Source: Okamejei kenojei (Eukaryota). Taken from it: a DNA stretch of 64,000 nt. The position numbers and the translations under genes were made by a program. Positions within the stretch are counted from its first letter, which is position 1, and each line of letters opens with the position of its first letter. The DNA is taken from NCBI GenBank assembly GCA_035221665.1, contig CM069162.1, positions 21,576,001 to 21,640,000 of the forward strand, in the 5' to 3' direction. A model generated the notes under the pieces. It was given only the letters and a program-made list of their open reading frames with translations. It was not told the DNA's origin and did no database searches. Positions 25,881-40,039 of the stretch are shown piece after piece.

Positions 25881-26465
25881 CGATGACTATGAACAGACAG
25901 CATCTCTAGAGTAAAGGAATAGGTGACGTTTTGGGTCGAGTCACTTCTTCAGCCTTGTTGCATTTTCTTCATCATTGGCATGACAACACTTCAGGAAATA
26001 TTTCATATCCTGTGAAGATCTTTGGTAGATTCTGATATAGTGCACGATTTTTTCATTACATTGTAGACATTCCTCAGATGGAAGAAAGTTTTAAAGGACT
26101 TGTAAGGGGCAGGTTTTTTTTACACAGAGTGTGGTGGGTGCCTGGAATGTGGTTTCAGGAGTGTTGGTGGAAACAGATGTGATAGTAACATTTAAGAGGG
26201 TTTTCGATAGGCACATGGATATGCAGGGAATGGAGGGATAAGAGTTGAATGCAAGCACAGGAGATTAGTTTAACATGGCATCATGTTCGGGACAGACATT
26301 TTGGGCCAAAGAGCCTGGTCCTATGCTGTATTATTCCACGTTCTATGCCAGGCAGATGTTGTGCTAAATATTTGGATATTGTTGCACATGAATCACAGAA
26401 AGTTAACATTCAGTCACTGAAAGTAACATGGATGGAAAATGGCTTGTTGGTCTTTATTACAAAAG

Positions 26466-26835
26466 GTCATAAGATCATAAGTGACAGGAGCAGAATTGAG
26501 CCATTCGGCCCAGCAAGTCTATTCTGCCATTCAATCATGGCTGATCTATCTCCCCCGCCTAACCCCATTCTCCTGCCTTCTCTCCATAACCCCTGACACC
26601 CATACTAATCAAGAGTCTATCTATCTCCGCCTTAAATATATCCATTGACTTAGCCTTCTGTGGCAAAGAATTCCACAGATTCACCATCCTCTGACTAAAG
26701 AAATTCCTCCTCATCTCCTTCCCAAAGGAACATCCTTTAATTCTGAGGCTATGACCTCTAGTCCTAGACTCTCCCACCAGTGGAAACATCCTCACCACAT
26801 CCACTCTATCCAAGCCTTTCACTATTTGGTAAGTT
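26466..26835 (-). mobile_element. CR1 LINE 3' fragment
   Basis: ORF 26559-26822: KGLDRVDV.RMFPLVGESRTRGHSLRIKG...RRNFFSQR.VNLWNSLP. Confidence 0.85.
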
Positions 26836-27369
26836 TAATAGTGATGGCATTGGGCCCCCAGCGAGAACAGGCCCAATGCCCAATAGAGCTCTAGGGGCTA
26901 GTGGTGTCAATGGATATGGGGAGAAGGAAGGCACGGGTTATTGATAGGGGAAGATCAGCCATGATCGCAGTGAAGGCGGTGCTGGCTCGAAGGGCCGAAT
27001 GGCCTCCTCCTGCACCTATTTTCTATGCCTATGTCTAATGCCTTCAAACGCTCATGGTGTGTTAACCCATTAATTCCTGCGATCATTCTTGTAAACCTCC
27101 TCTGGACCCTTTTCATAGCCAGCACATCCTTCCTCAGATATGGTGCCCAGTGTTGCTCACAATACTCCAAAAGGATTTGAATCTATGAGTAAAGAAATGT
27201 ATCCACACTCTGGTGAGACCGCATCTGGAATCATGTGAACAGCTCCAGTCTCCCTTCTTGAGGAAGAAAGTGCAGATGAACGAGGGGACTTCAACAAAGT
27301 TTTACCAGATGGATTTCTGGGTGGAGGAATTGTCCCATGGGGAGAGAACAAACGGATGATGATCTTAGG

Positions 27370-27782
27370 AGAATGGGAGGGGATTTCATTGAAGCAATGA
27401 GAACTTACAAAATTCTTAAGGGGTTGGACAGGCTAGATGCAGTAAGAATGTTCCCGATGTTGGGGAGGTCCAGAACAAGGGGTCACAGTCTAAGGATAAG
27501 GGGGAATTCCTTTAGGACCGAGATGAGGAAAACATTTTTCACACAGAGAGTGGTGAGTCTCTTTAATTATCTGCCACAGAAGGTAGTTGAGGCCAATTCA
27601 TTGGCTATATTTAAGAGGGAGTTAGATGTGGCCTTGTGGCTAAAGGGATCAGGGGGTATGGAGAGAAGGCAGGTACAGGATACTGAGTTGGAAGATCAGC
27701 CATGATCATATTGAATGACGGTGCAGGCTCGAAGGGCTGAATGGCCTATTCCTGCACCTATTTTCAATGTTTCTGTTTCTAT
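27370..27782 (+). mobile_element. CR1 LINE 3' fragment
   Basis: TYKILKGLDRLDA.RMFPMLG.SRTRGHSLRIRG..FRTEMRKTFFTQRVV. Confidence 0.85.
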
Positions 27783-28334
27783 CACATTAACCTCATTGAG
27801 ATTGTAAAGGGCGTATCAGGGTCAAAGCGGGAATAATAATTCCCTTAACAGTAAGGGGGTGCAAGAGATGAGAATAAATATCTTTGCCATTGAATTTCTG
27901 CAATCTTCCACTTCAAGGGATTGTGCAAGCTGAGTATGGTCAAGAAAGAAATTACTAGGATTTTCAATATTAAGGGAACTAACGTGTATGGGGTTGATGT
28001 AAGGATGCGGTGCTGAGGTAAAATATCAGCCACGATCAAGTAATGAACCGGTGGAGAGGGCATGAGAGGATACATGGCCTATTCCTGCTTATATTACTTA
28101 CATTCACAAGGTCGGGAAAGTAGAATTAAGAAAAACAACTTTACTTACTGACAACTTTACTTAGAAAAAGCTGTGTCCTTGCCTCAAAACCTTTTTGTAT
28201 ATTTTAAGAGAACCAATCAATGACTTGTCTATTAAGTTCGACTGAGGTGAATGTAAACTTGCTCTTGGCTGGTGTTGCACAAGAGAGCAGGGAAACTAGG
28301 GCAGACCTGCTGAAAACAAATTGATGACAGATCA

Positions 28335-29112
28335 TGTGTAGGAAGGAACCGCAGATGCTGGTTTAAATCGAAGATAGACACAAAATGCTGGAGCACCTCG
28401 GCAGGACAGGCAGCATCTCTGCTGAGAAGGAATGGGTGACGTTTCAGGTCGAGACCCTTCTTCAGACTGATGTCAGGGGAGTGGGCAGTACAGAGATAAA
28501 AGGTAGTCAGAGGCAGTAAGACTGGTAGGAGAACTGGGAAGGGGGAGGGGATGGAAAGAGAGGGAAAGCAAGAGCTATTTGAAGTTAGAGAAGTCAATGT
28601 TCATACCGCTGGGGTGTAAGCTACCCAAGTGAAATGTGAGGTGCTGTTCCTCCAATTTGTGCTGGGTCTCACTCTGACAATGGAGGTGGCCCAGGACAGA
28701 AAGATCAGTGTGCGAATGGGAGGGGGAGTTAGTGTTGAGCAACCGGGAGATCAGGTAGGTTTAGGCGGACTGAGCAGAAGTGTTCAGCGAAACGATCGCT
28801 ACGCCTGCTCTTGGTCTCGCCGATATACAGGAGTCCACACGTGGAACAGCTGATACAGTAGATGAGTTTGGAGGAGGTGCAGGTGAACCTCTGCCTCACC
28901 TGAAAAGACAGTCAGGGTCCTTGGGGGGAGGTATAGGGACAGGTGTCGAGGGGGGAGGTATAGGGACAGGTGTTGCATCTCCTGCGGTTCTGGAAGAAAG
29001 TACCTGGGGAGGGCATGCTTTGGGAGGGAAGGGACAAGTTGACCAGGGAGTTGTGGAGGGAACGGTCTCTGCGTAGAGATGAAGCAGAAAGGGGTGGAGA
29101 TGGGAAGATGTG
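28335..29112 (-). mobile_element. Penelope-like element 3' part: GIY-YIG endonuclease and pLTR with hammerhead-like core
   Basis: Frameshifted minus translation RRRCNTCPY...LIYCISCSTCGLLYIGETK....RFAEH...KLEEQHL.F.LGSLHPSGMNIDFSNFK*; core at 28438-28465 on the same strand. Confidence 0.85.
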
Positions 29113-29631
29113 GCCATGCCTGTGTATGACTGGGCAAACGTGGAATTTCATTCTATCCACCAAAGCCAAGAGTGAAACGTTACCCCAAACCTTTGCCCTG
29201 AGTTAGACACAAAGTGCTGGAGTAACTCAGTGGGTTCTGTGACACCTATGGCCTGAGTAGACTGCTCCAATAAAGGGGTTCCAATCTATTGTCTTGTACC
29301 TGCATCTTAGACTTCCAAGGCATTGGGTGGCAATGTGTACACTTTGAGATGGTGCATTTATGAAGAACCTGCCCTAACACTGTGAACTTTGGCAAAGGAA
29401 GCGATACAGTTCTTGGAGCAGCACTGACCTGGGCCTTGGTAATCCCAAACAGTGCTCGTGCCCTGTGTCCTGATTTAGTGACCCTCCATCCGTCTTATTC
29501 ACCAGCGCCCCCAACAAACCATTCATCTGGGCCTACCTGAGAAGACAGAAAGTGCAGCTATTAAAAATGCAAACCAGCAAAGCGACAACTACAATTAGAG
29601 CACAGCTCTGGAGGTAACATGGAGAACTGTA

Positions 29632-29922
29632 GGGCGACACGGTGGCGCAGTGACAGAGATGCTGCCAGAGACCCGCGTTCGATCCTGGCTACGGATGCTA
29701 TTTGTACGGAGTTTGCATGTTTTCCCCGTGAGCTGCGTGGGTTTACCCCGAGTGCTCCGGTTTCCTCCCACACTCCAAAGACGTACAGGTCTGGAGGTTA
29801 ATTGTTTTCGGTAAAAATTGGCTATTGTCCCTAGTGTGCAGGATCGCGCTACCGTTGGTCGATGTGGGCCCGATGGGTCGAAGGGCCTGGTTCCACGCTG
29901 CCTCTCTGAACAAAACTAAACT
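29632..29922 (+). mobile_element. V-SINE
   Basis: Head, B box, V-domain, tail. Confidence 0.8.
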
Positions 29923-31697
29923 GCATAGTGGGCCAAGCCCACATTTTCAAATGATATTTCAATGAGCCTCCCCAGAGATGGTGCAAACCCTTTCTCATTT
30001 TAACTGAGGCCTCTCCCGCATCCGAGAGTTAGGTGGTCCACTCTCTCCCACTCACACATCGAAAACCTGTTGTATTTTCTCTCAGTTGGCAATGTGCTAT
30101 TTATTCATTTCAAATATACTTTCAGGAATTTAACGCTGGGCTGGAACCTCGCAGCCAAATGTTCACTTGATCCACCTGTATTTGTACTGCAAATACCTCG
30201 ATTCCACATAAATCATTCCATGTGAAGTTAACTAAAAATCCATTGCCATTGAAATAAAGCCTTTGAATGAAAAGCTTGGCCAATTATCACAGTTGCAATA
30301 TTTGCTGCCACGGCACTGAACTACAAATCTTTTCATGTTAACTAATTTTCTGGGATTATAATAATCAAAGTGTGAATAAAGAATAAATCCATCATTTAAA
30401 TCCAACATAGCTTTATCTTTGGCAATTGATTACAAATTCTACAGGAGACCGAAGACCAAACTAGAAGGCTGCAGAGATGCAACTTATATATTGGGTCGGT
30501 GGGACCAGGTCTGGAAAGCTGCGCTGAGACTTCCACTAGTACACCAGTTGAGGTGTAGAACCAACGTTTCAATGGACAGCTTCAATTGAACCACTGTCCT
30601 GTGTAACCCAGAAAAGGCTCAAGTTGTTTCATTCCTTGCTGAGCATAGATTGGCCACAATGCATTGAATTAACTGGATGCAAATCAATTCCGGATGTCTG
30701 CAATTTATGAACTGATATATTAAAAGTTCAATTGGCATACAGTGGGAGCCAGCACACAATAGGGCAGTTCAACATATCAAGGGGGAGGTAATTTTGAGTA
30801 TTGTGAGCAGTTTTGGTCTCCATATCTGAAGGAAGGATGTGCTGGTGTTGGAAAGGGTCCAGAAGAGATTTACGAGGATAATCCTGGGGATGATTGCTTT
30901 AAGAGAGAGTTAGATATATCTCTTAGGGAATCAAAGGATATGGGGAGAAAGCAGGAATGGGGTACTGATTTTGGATGATCAGCCTTGAGCTTATTGAATG
31001 GCGGTGCTGGCTCGAAGGGCCGAATGGCCTCCTGCTGTACCTATGTTCCTATGATTACACAATACAAGCACCACACAGGTTGAGCATTTTTGTGCTGGAG
31101 GATTTCCAACCATCTAGTGACCTTCACGCATTCTCCATTTACCTACTGGTGTTGCAGCACGATTTGGAAAATAAACAAGACAATTACCTTTACGAACCTG
31201 TTCACCACAGGGCCAGGAACTTCCCTTGGCTTTGGTTTCCGAGGTCCACCCCACTGTGGGGGCGCCAAGCCTGCTGCCTTTTGTTGTCCAAATGCAGAAG
31301 CTTGGCAATGGTCCATTTGGAGAGGCTCGTGTTGGTTCACTGCGACCGGCCAGGATTCTCGGAGAGTCATTTCCCCCTCCGAGTACTGCTCAGCCTTCAA
31401 CACCACTGCAGTTTCATGTTCCCACAGCTATCCCGAGAGAGAGATAATCAACAAATGTGCTCATCTGCCCATCTCTCCTTCTCACTAGGGCTTGTTTCTG
31501 TCTCTGAACCAAGTTACACATATTTAATTCTAATTTCTCTCTTCCTCTTCCTTGATGGATAAGTTGTGCCTCGCCCCCTGCACTGACTCTACAATTCCCA
31601 TCCCACTCAAGTGCTTTGTACATTTTATTCTATCCGTGCATATTCTCTGTACACTCGTTCCAAACTATACAAAGGGCAGCACAGTTGCCCAAGAACA

Positions 31698-32005
31698 GCA
31701 CCATGGTACAATAGGTAGAGCCGCTGCTTCACATTGCCAGAGCACCAGGTTCGATCCTGACCTTGGGTGCTGTCCACCTGTCTCCCTGCGACCGCATGGG
31801 TTTCCTCCAGGTGCTCCGATTTCCTCCCACAGCCCAAACACGTGCGTTTTGTAGGTTAATTGGCTTCTATAAATCGTCCCTGCTGAGTAGGGAGTAGATG
31901 CGAAAGGTGATAACATAGAACTAGTGTGAACAGGTGATCGATGGTCAGCATGGACTGGGTGAGGCGAAGGGCCTGTTTCCCCCCCAGTACATTTCAATCT
32001 ATCAA
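31698..32005 (+). mobile_element. V-SINE
   Basis: B box GGTTCGATCC, V-domain. Confidence 0.75.
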
Positions 32006-32390
32006 ATGCAGTGCAAACTCTTCAATCTCTATACATGTCATGTTTACTTTATCTCAGCTGCCTTTGCAGACTTTGGCCTATTTGTAACCATACTTTGTTG
32101 TCTAAATCCTGGGCTGTGTACAGTACTCTCTTTATCTGTACATATATTGTTCACTCTTTCCTACCCATAGAGACATTGTGTATCTTATGTTCCAATTCAT
32201 GTTTCTTCTGGATTTTATGTCACGGTGCTCCTCATCTCTCCCACTCTTCACTCACACACAGGGAACAACCTGATCTTAGAAACAACAACTGGAATGTAAG
32301 CATCATTTTGGTTGACTTCTTACTCCTGACTCTGGAACCTGCTGCATGGAACTACACCAGGGCTTAGGGTTGCTACATAAAGTTGGTAAA

Positions 32391-32665
32391 GGGCGGCACG
32401 GTGGCGCAGTTGTAGAGTTGCTGCCTTACAGCGCCAGAGACCCAGGTTCGATCCTGACTACGGTTGCTGCCCGTATGGAGTTTGCATGTTCTCCTTGTAA
32501 CCGCGTGGGTTTTCTCCGGGTGCTCCGGTTTCCTCGGTTAATTGGCTTCTGCAAATTGTCCCTAGCGTGCAGGATAGAACTAGAGTGGGGGGTGATCGCT
32601 GGTCAGCGCAGAGTTGGTGGGCTGAAGGGCCTGCTTCCACGTCGTATTTCCAAACTAAACTGAAC
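32391..32665 (+). mobile_element. V-SINE
   Basis: GGGCGGCACGGTGGCGCAG head, B box, tail. Confidence 0.85.
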
Positions 32666-35174
32666 AAAGTCAGTGGGAACTGTTGTTAAACAGGTTTAAT
32701 AGCAACATCAGAGTACTAAACTTACACAAGAGAATTGGTACAGGTGTTTACAGTGCATTCAAACATATAGTTCAGAATTACAGAAGTGACAAAATAGAAA
32801 CCATCCTCCAATTAAACTGTTTCCTCAAGGAAAAAAATGCACCTTTGCTCTCACTGGAAGATGGATATATATTAAGTATATATATATATTTTGTTCCCCT
32901 CACCAGAATGTACCATTCAGTTGCAACAGAAAAATTGGTGAAAGCAAAAGATTTTCTTCCTCGTCAAAACTTAGCGTACAATACGGGCTATGTGTTGCAG
33001 TTTTTATAAAAGATACTTCCTATAAGGTAGAGATTGTTTGCTATTATTCTACAAGCATTTTGGTGGTTTGTGGCATGGCCCCTCACGGTGCCATTTTAAA
33101 GGAAGCTGTTAACATAGTGAAGCGAGGAATTGTCCGTGAGCATGTTTACGATGTGATAATGCCTGCTTTTGAAATACCAAAGAAAGCAATCTGACACATG
33201 TATATCGATAACACTGCTGTCATTAATCTCTGACCTTATAGTTTACTGCTTTGCGTTTAAGTAAAATATATTTTAAATTTGGCCTGGTGTGCAAGTCACT
33301 GGTGCTTTTTGCAGATGAAAAGCCAGTTTGAAGTGCAGCGTATAGACCAGATTTTACGCTAAGAATTTCACCTTTTGTGAGCCAAAAGGATTAAAAAAAA
33401 CAAGGATTATTCAACTGACACAATATTTTAAACTGCTCTTAGAGTAACACGTTACAATTTTAAAATGCAGGAGAGGTATTCAGTGAGAGTGTAAAACCGC
33501 GTCAACACAATTTGGAAAAAAAGTATTGTTTTCCGTTGTTAATACAAAATGTCAATCAGTATTTACTGCCAAAGCAATTAAACCACAGTGACATTGTTGA
33601 CATTACTGGAGAGGTTCAGAACCCATATCAGTCCATGTTGTGAACACTTGCCTCTGGTACCTGAAGGAGTTCATAAAACAAACGTAAGATATCTTTCTCC
33701 AGCACATGGTTGGTTGCAGGCTTTTGCTCATCGTTATCAAGACGCACAATTTTGCCATTCTGACTTGGTTTACCACCCGAGAAGATCCTGTGAAGATCAC
33801 TCTGCAAAATGCATGATTTCCCAGAGTAACATTCATCCCAGTCGAATGAGGTCCCCCAGTCTAACACATACCACAACACCACACTCCCCAGCTAGGGACA
33901 TTTCCCTCTTGCACCTCAGTCGGAAGGACAGATATGTGGATAGGAAAGGGGTAGTGGGCTAAGGACAAATGCAGGCAACTGGGACTAGCCCAGTATGCCA
34001 GCTTAGTGGGCATGGACAGGATGGGCCGAAGGGCCATGTTTCCGTACCGTTCTAATAAATAAAGTTCTATCGTATCGTACACAATAATAAAATAGGAAAA
34101 ATCAACTTTAAATTTTCCGATCATATTGATGAGGGCAGCCTCCAACTTATGTTCTGGGCTGTTCTGGTGGAGTGACGATGTGGTGTATCGTGACAATGTT
34201 TTCATGATCCACCTGACTCAATACGGCAAGCATAATTATCTGTAGGTTGTGACTTGCTCCCTCAAAATTAATTTAAAAGAAATTCAAGGAAGACATTGTG
34301 TAACTTAGCTCACTGCTTCCCACATTATAACCAAGTAGCCGCCTGCAGATACCACTGATTGAATTGTGCAGGAAGGAACTGCAGATGCTGGTCTACACCA
34401 AAGATAGCCACCCAATGCTGGAGTAACTCAACGGATCAGGCACAATCTCTGGAGAAAGGAAACAGCCCGAAACTTCACCGGTTCTCTTTCTCCAGAGATG
34501 CTGCCTGGCCTGCTGAGTTACTCCAGCATTTTGTGTCTGCCTCCGATTGGATTGTTGTGGAGACACAGAGGGTTGAAATGGGTTCTTTTGGATTAGCAAA
34601 GTCATTCCTATGAATGTTTGATTATTAACAAATTAAATTACAAGAAACGGAGTAAACCAGGATAACCAAAGTCCATATTCAAGGTTCATACTAACACCAG
34701 TATCATTATTTACTGTGGGGTGGGGGATGAGTTTTATACATCTTTGTATAAAACTGCAGACTGCATCGCTAAGAAAATTGAGTGTATCTACGAGATGATC
34801 ATAAGTAATAGGAGCAGAATTAGGTCATTCAGCCCATGAGGTCTACTCAATCATGGCCGATCTACCTCTCCCTCCTAACCCCATTCTCCTGCCTTCTCCC
34901 CATAATCACTGACACACATATTCATCAAGAATCTATCTATCTCTGCCTTAAAAAAGATCAATTGACTTGGCCTCCACAGCCTTCTGTAGCAAATAATTCC
35001 ACAGTTTCACCACCCTCTGACTAAAAAAAATCCTCCTCATCTCCTTCTTTAATTCTGAGGAACGTCCTTTAATTGTGATCAACATCTACACATTGTTTTA
35101 TGCTGACTAAGGATGCTGAGTAAATACAATGACATTCCTGGAAGACGTCTCTCTTGAGTCCTAGCACTTGGTGT

Positions 35175-35214
<40 letters not shown>
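35175..35214. repeat. Poly-G run (about 40 nt)
   Basis: Homopolymer; may be a sequencing or assembly artefact. Confidence 0.8.
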
Positions 35215-35216
<2 letters not shown>

Positions 35217-35913
35217 CAAATATACCAAGGAAGTAAAACTGGGTGGTGATGCTTAAAAATCTTTGAAACCATGTCAATCAAACATAATCTGAAAAGATGA
35301 TGCTTTCCTACCGCGTAAATATATCAGTTATTAATGGTCAACATCTTGGTGAATGCAAATGGTAAAGTGGAAATAAAAAAGGTGGTTCATTAAGCTTGAA
35401 GTCCTATTGCCATGAAGCAGGCTTCAGCAGCACCTACATTACAGTGAGGTTTCAACATTCAAATCTGCCCAACTTGGTTTACTGCCAAGTTCTGGACTTC
35501 CAAACTCAAGCTTGGTGTTTGGAGATTCCCTTTTGTTGTAAAGTCTCAGTCTTACGCCTGCTTTTTATCAGTCACGCTGGTACACTCGATTGTAGGCTCT
35601 GCTCAACCACCATCATTGTCCAGAGAGAAAACTTTGGTGGATATTTCTGCAGAAACCACGTTTTCTGTCTTTGGCATTCTCTGGTGCAAAATATTTGTTC
35701 TGACGGGCAATTGGGAAGAGTGGCATGGAAGATACTTCTCGTCTATAAATCTTTTGAAACATCTGATTCCATGGCATTAACAAATGTTGTGGTCAAGAGG
35801 TGCAAAGGCATCAGTTAAAAAGGGTGCAGCAGAAAATGGTTTAGGTGTAATATTGCGGTTTGAGATTACTTGAAAACAATTCACAAGCATTTTAACTCAA
35901 TAGTGATTTTCAA

Positions 35914-36072
35914 TGTGTGTGTGTGTGTCTTACCATGTGTGCCTGTGTCTGTCTATATGTCTGTATGTGCCTGTGTGTGCGCGTCTGTGTGTGCGCATGG
36001 ATGTGCACATCTGAGTGCGCATGTGCGTGCGTGTGCACGCTTGCCTGTGTGTGTTTGTGCCCGTGTGTGTGT
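35914..36072. repeat. Degenerate (TG/CG)n microsatellite
   Basis: Imperfect alternating purine-pyrimidine tract. Confidence 0.85.
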
Positions 36073-36892
36073 CTTTTAACAGAAGTGGCACAAATTTCAA
36101 TTGTATTAAATAGGTCTGTCTGAGTTCCAACTCCAAAACATACAGCAGTTTCTTTCACAGCTTGTTAATCCAACTGGGATGGCAACTGATTAATCATCTC
36201 GTGAGTTCTGTCTGGGTTGCCTTTCTCATTTAACGATAAAAAAAATCAAAGGCCGGGATAGAATGATAAAATGAATTTTCAAGCATTTTGTAATGAACAG
36301 GTGTGGATGATTTTCTGGGCCTGTGCTTGCGATAATTTTGCCTCAGGAATAAACTAGTTTTTATTTGGATGGAAACTGGAAAGTTGCCCTCAGCCAGTTG
36401 GTCCATGGAAGTGTCCAAATCCCACCCATATCGCAACCTTTATTGGGCTAGCTGACCATTCCAATGAGCCATGGAGTGAGTAGATTTGGTCGAGAAGACA
36501 TTTGAGTTGTCAAATATTGAGATATTTTAGTCAGCAAATCATGTGAGCTACAACCTTCGCAGACGATCGGCGCAAATTAACACCAGGACCTTAAAGAGAG
36601 TCAATGTTAGCAGAACAATGCTGGGTATATGATTCGAAAGGGATGGTTTAAGGTTTAAATCCCTAATTGACTTTCCTCTCATCTTATTCTTGTCTGAGCC
36701 CTGCTTCAAACTTAGCCCAGAGTTGCTGCACTAATTAAGAAGTAGTGCCTCTATTTGAGAATGTAACCTAACATCGGCAACAATCAAACAGTCCCCTTTA
36801 GCAACCAGCACATTGCGCTTTGCCCAATTGTGTTTATCTCTGGTGGCTGGTTGTGCAAGGTAAATGAGGGCAGCTGCTGATACATTTTATTT

Positions 36893-37180
36893 GTAGGAAG
36901 GACCTGCAGACGCAGGCTTTACACCGGAGATGGACACGAAATGCTGGAGTAACTCAGCGGGTCGGGTGGCATCTCTGGCGAAAAGGAATAGGTGACGTTT
37001 CGGGTCGAGACCCTTCTTCAGACTGAGAGTCAGGGGAGTGAGAAACTAGAGGTATGAAAAGGTACAGAACACATCCGAGCCGGCACCAATGACTCAGGAA
37101 AAGTGGAGCCCACAATGGTCCATTGTTGGCTGTGGAAGTGGTGATAACAAAGGGATATGAACAGTGGAACTCGCAAGGCT
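36893..37180 (-). mobile_element. Penelope-derived terminus with an intact minimal hammerhead core
   Basis: GACGTTTCGGGTCGAGACCCTTCTTCAG at 36994-37021 is the core on the minus strand. Confidence 0.75.
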
Positions 37181-37729
37181 TAACTAGCATAGGCTTTACA
37201 CAGATTGAATCTCCAATATGATCAATTTGTACAATTTTACCACATTCATTACCCCAAAATCTGGAACTCAGCTTTGAAATGTTCTTTGAACTTGACTTAA
37301 CCTCTTCAAACTTAAATTGCCTTTAATCTAGCCACAGCATCCCTTGGATAAAGGAGACAGCAGAAATCTTACCTCATAGTCCTCTCCCATCAGTAACTCT
37401 TGTAGTGAAAGTATACATCTGGACAACATCCCACTGGTCCTGCTCACACATGAAGCATGGATCCTTGGGCGAGATCAGGGAAGGGGCAGATGGCTGATCA
37501 GAGTCTTAAGGTTGGAGCAGGAGGCAGAAAATTGAACAAAGGAACAGGGCAACAAAAAATTGCTCACACTTGTAGACCTAGCTCCTCCCCTGTCACCAGG
37601 TTAAAAGTAACCTCAAAGGGAAGAGTTAGCTTTCAACATTAAACAAGAAACCATTTAGAAACAGTGCTTTCCTTCCACTGGGCCCATGGTTAAAGCCCAC
37701 TTAGTCTACCACGGAAAACACCTGTTGCT

Positions 37730-39233
37730 GAATGAAATTTTATTTTATTACACAGTATAATTTATATAATGAGATATTCACATAATCTGAAAGGAAAAAA
37801 AAACCCACAGTTGTCATGGTTATGAACTATTTGCAAGACAATAACAGCATCGTTGCACAACAAAACAATGCAAAGTGCAAGTTATTTAGTCTTCGTAGTC
37901 CACACACAGATCTGTGTCCTTCACGCTGGATGCTTCGATCTGTGTTCCATTGCTCTAGGCATTTGCACAACACAATTTTAAGAAAGAAAAACTGACAGAA
38001 AACATCTGTAGAAACATAAAAAGTCCTTTGCTCCTCAGAGGATCAAAACTCTCTGCGCCATTTTGTAGCGTTGTAAAAACAAGCAGTGAAGTGCGAGAAA
38101 CCATCAGCTAGTCCTTACGAGTGTACAGCGGGTTTATTCGGACATTGGTGGGGTGGCTGATACTTTCTCCATTTTAATCTTCAGCCACCACCAATATAAC
38201 CAGAAAACCAGATTTAACAGTCACGATTTGCCTCATTTTATCTATTTGATATTTAATAAGTTCTCTTCCATAGAATATGAATTGATCCGCCAATCCGAAC
38301 CTTCATCTATAAATTTTGGGGCCTACAAGTGACGGAGGGGCCTCACTGATTGCAATGCCGTCGGTGCGTGCATCCATCACCATGGCAACATTCTTCCGCC
38401 ATGTTTTCACCAGAAGATCTGCCTCCACGCTGGTCAATGGAAGTTCAAAGGTCATGAGCTCCTCCAGCGGAATGTATTGAAAAGACTCCCAGACATAGGC
38501 CTGATAGGAATCGGGAGGTAGGAATCAAGGACATCTACAGGACTTAACTTGGTACATTCTCTCAGGCGTTGGATAGGTACTCACCCACAGCCCATAAAAG
38601 GTTTTTGGGAAAGCAAGCCAGGACATAAGAGGGGATCAGAAAATAAATCAAGAATGTGAAGAGTAAAAATGATTACGTCTGCTAAACACGATATACACTC
38701 TGGTTTAAGTGGAATACACTGAATTCAAATTTCTCATCACTGCCTCAAGACTTAATTTTAGCAACAAACACCACTTTAGGAAATATCATTTCTGAGTAGG
38801 GTCCCATTTACAGAAAGAAGAGATATTATTTCTCCCGGACAAAAAATATTAAATGCTGCTCAAAGAGTTAAGTACTGTTAGTGGATCGTACCAGCCTGCA
38901 GTCTCTAAGTACGTGGCATCTAATGGCACTGTTGGTCGTGGATCCTAGTTCATGAGATTGTATCTCCACTCTAGACACTTCTGAGAGGTCATCAGTCTTA
39001 TAGGAATTTGGCTGCCGTGTCGTTCTCCTCATCCAACTTTGCACGCCATTCCAATTTCTGGCAAAACGGTTCATTCTTCAATACTTCTTCCATACTTTCT
39101 TCTTCATAAAATAATGTTATTTTATTGGCATCCACACTTACAAAAATAAACAAGATTCTCTTTGCTCCCTGTCCCACGGGTGTGCAAAAAAAATGTCGAC
39201 ATCCGTGTGTTTTACAGATTCACCAGTGGAATC
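37730..39233 (-). other. Candidate 3' exons of a spliced host transcript (39142-39233, 38585-38678, 38500 to ~37730); lncRNA or small-ORF gene
   Basis: Acceptors ttttcttttcctcAG, tgtttagcAG and cctcccgattcctatcAG; donors GTAAGT (39141) and GTGAGT (38584); AATAAA on minus at 37744-37749; repeat-free. Confidence 0.5.
38303..38626 (-). CDS. Putative 79-aa spliced small ORF (38626-38585 joined to 38500-38303), unknown product
   Basis: MSWLAFPKTFYGLW|AYVWESFQYIPLEELMTFELPLTSVEADLLVKTWRKNVAMVMDARTDGIAISEAPPSLVGPKIYR*; phase-0 84-nt GT-AG intron; no homolog recognised. Confidence 0.3.
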
Positions 39234-40039
39234 CTGAGGAAAAGAAAATAAAGAACATGTTTGTGAAAGAAGGAATTAACCGTATAAAATTTTACCCAAG
39301 CCCAAATCCTAAATTTCTTTCAAGATCGATGCAACGATCAGTTTATTTAACATGCAGGGAAAGTGATAGAGAATGGAAGCGTTAGGAAGTGTTGTTTGTG
39401 TAAGAGCAATGGGCCAATTTATTAAGCATTATCTACACTTAGAAATTATGAAAAACACAGTGAACATTCAGCACCTCAGGAAGCAATGGTGGAGAGAGAG
39501 ACATAATGAGAGCTAATAAATATGAGCAGACTTTAAGCAGGTGAATAAGGAAAATAGAACGATGACAAGGGGAAAAAAGATGGAGTGTAAAGCAAAGAGA
39601 CGATGGAGAAATTCAAAGCGGTTCAGTCCTGGGTAGAGCTAGAGAAACAAAAACAAATGGGATGAAAATGATTACATGCAAAATGTGGAGACAACAGTGT
39701 GGTTTGTGTGTAAGTATTCTGACTGATCAGAGAAGATTTTGTTGGAGAATGCAGTTCTGTATTTCATGGTGGGTTTGCTGTGCAGATTGAACTCATGAAG
39801 AAGTGGTCTCAGGTTACCAGAACATCTGAGTGGGTTTCCAGTGCTGTAAGTCTGCACCGCTTAAATTACAGCATGGACTCCACTTCAGCATGGAGCCTGG
39901 AGCCATGGATCAATCGGCCAGCATGAGTTCCCTGCCACACCTGACACTTTGACACCTGTAGCATGCACTAGAATGCCTATTGACACCTCAAGGAATTGAA
40001 GGTGCAACTTGGAACACCCATCTCCATCGTCCTGGACAG

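Noticed and set aside
30975-31562. 195-aa ORF and overlapping ORFs
   Set aside because: Begins in a CR1 tail; no domain, coding-like composition or consistent exon structure recognised.
32391-32460. SINE heads as tRNA genes
   Set aside because: A and B boxes run into the V-domain and LINE tail; no complete cloverleaf.
35175-35214. Poly-G as a functional G-quadruplex
   Set aside because: Long pure G runs are a common sequencing or assembly artefact; cannot be supported from sequence alone.
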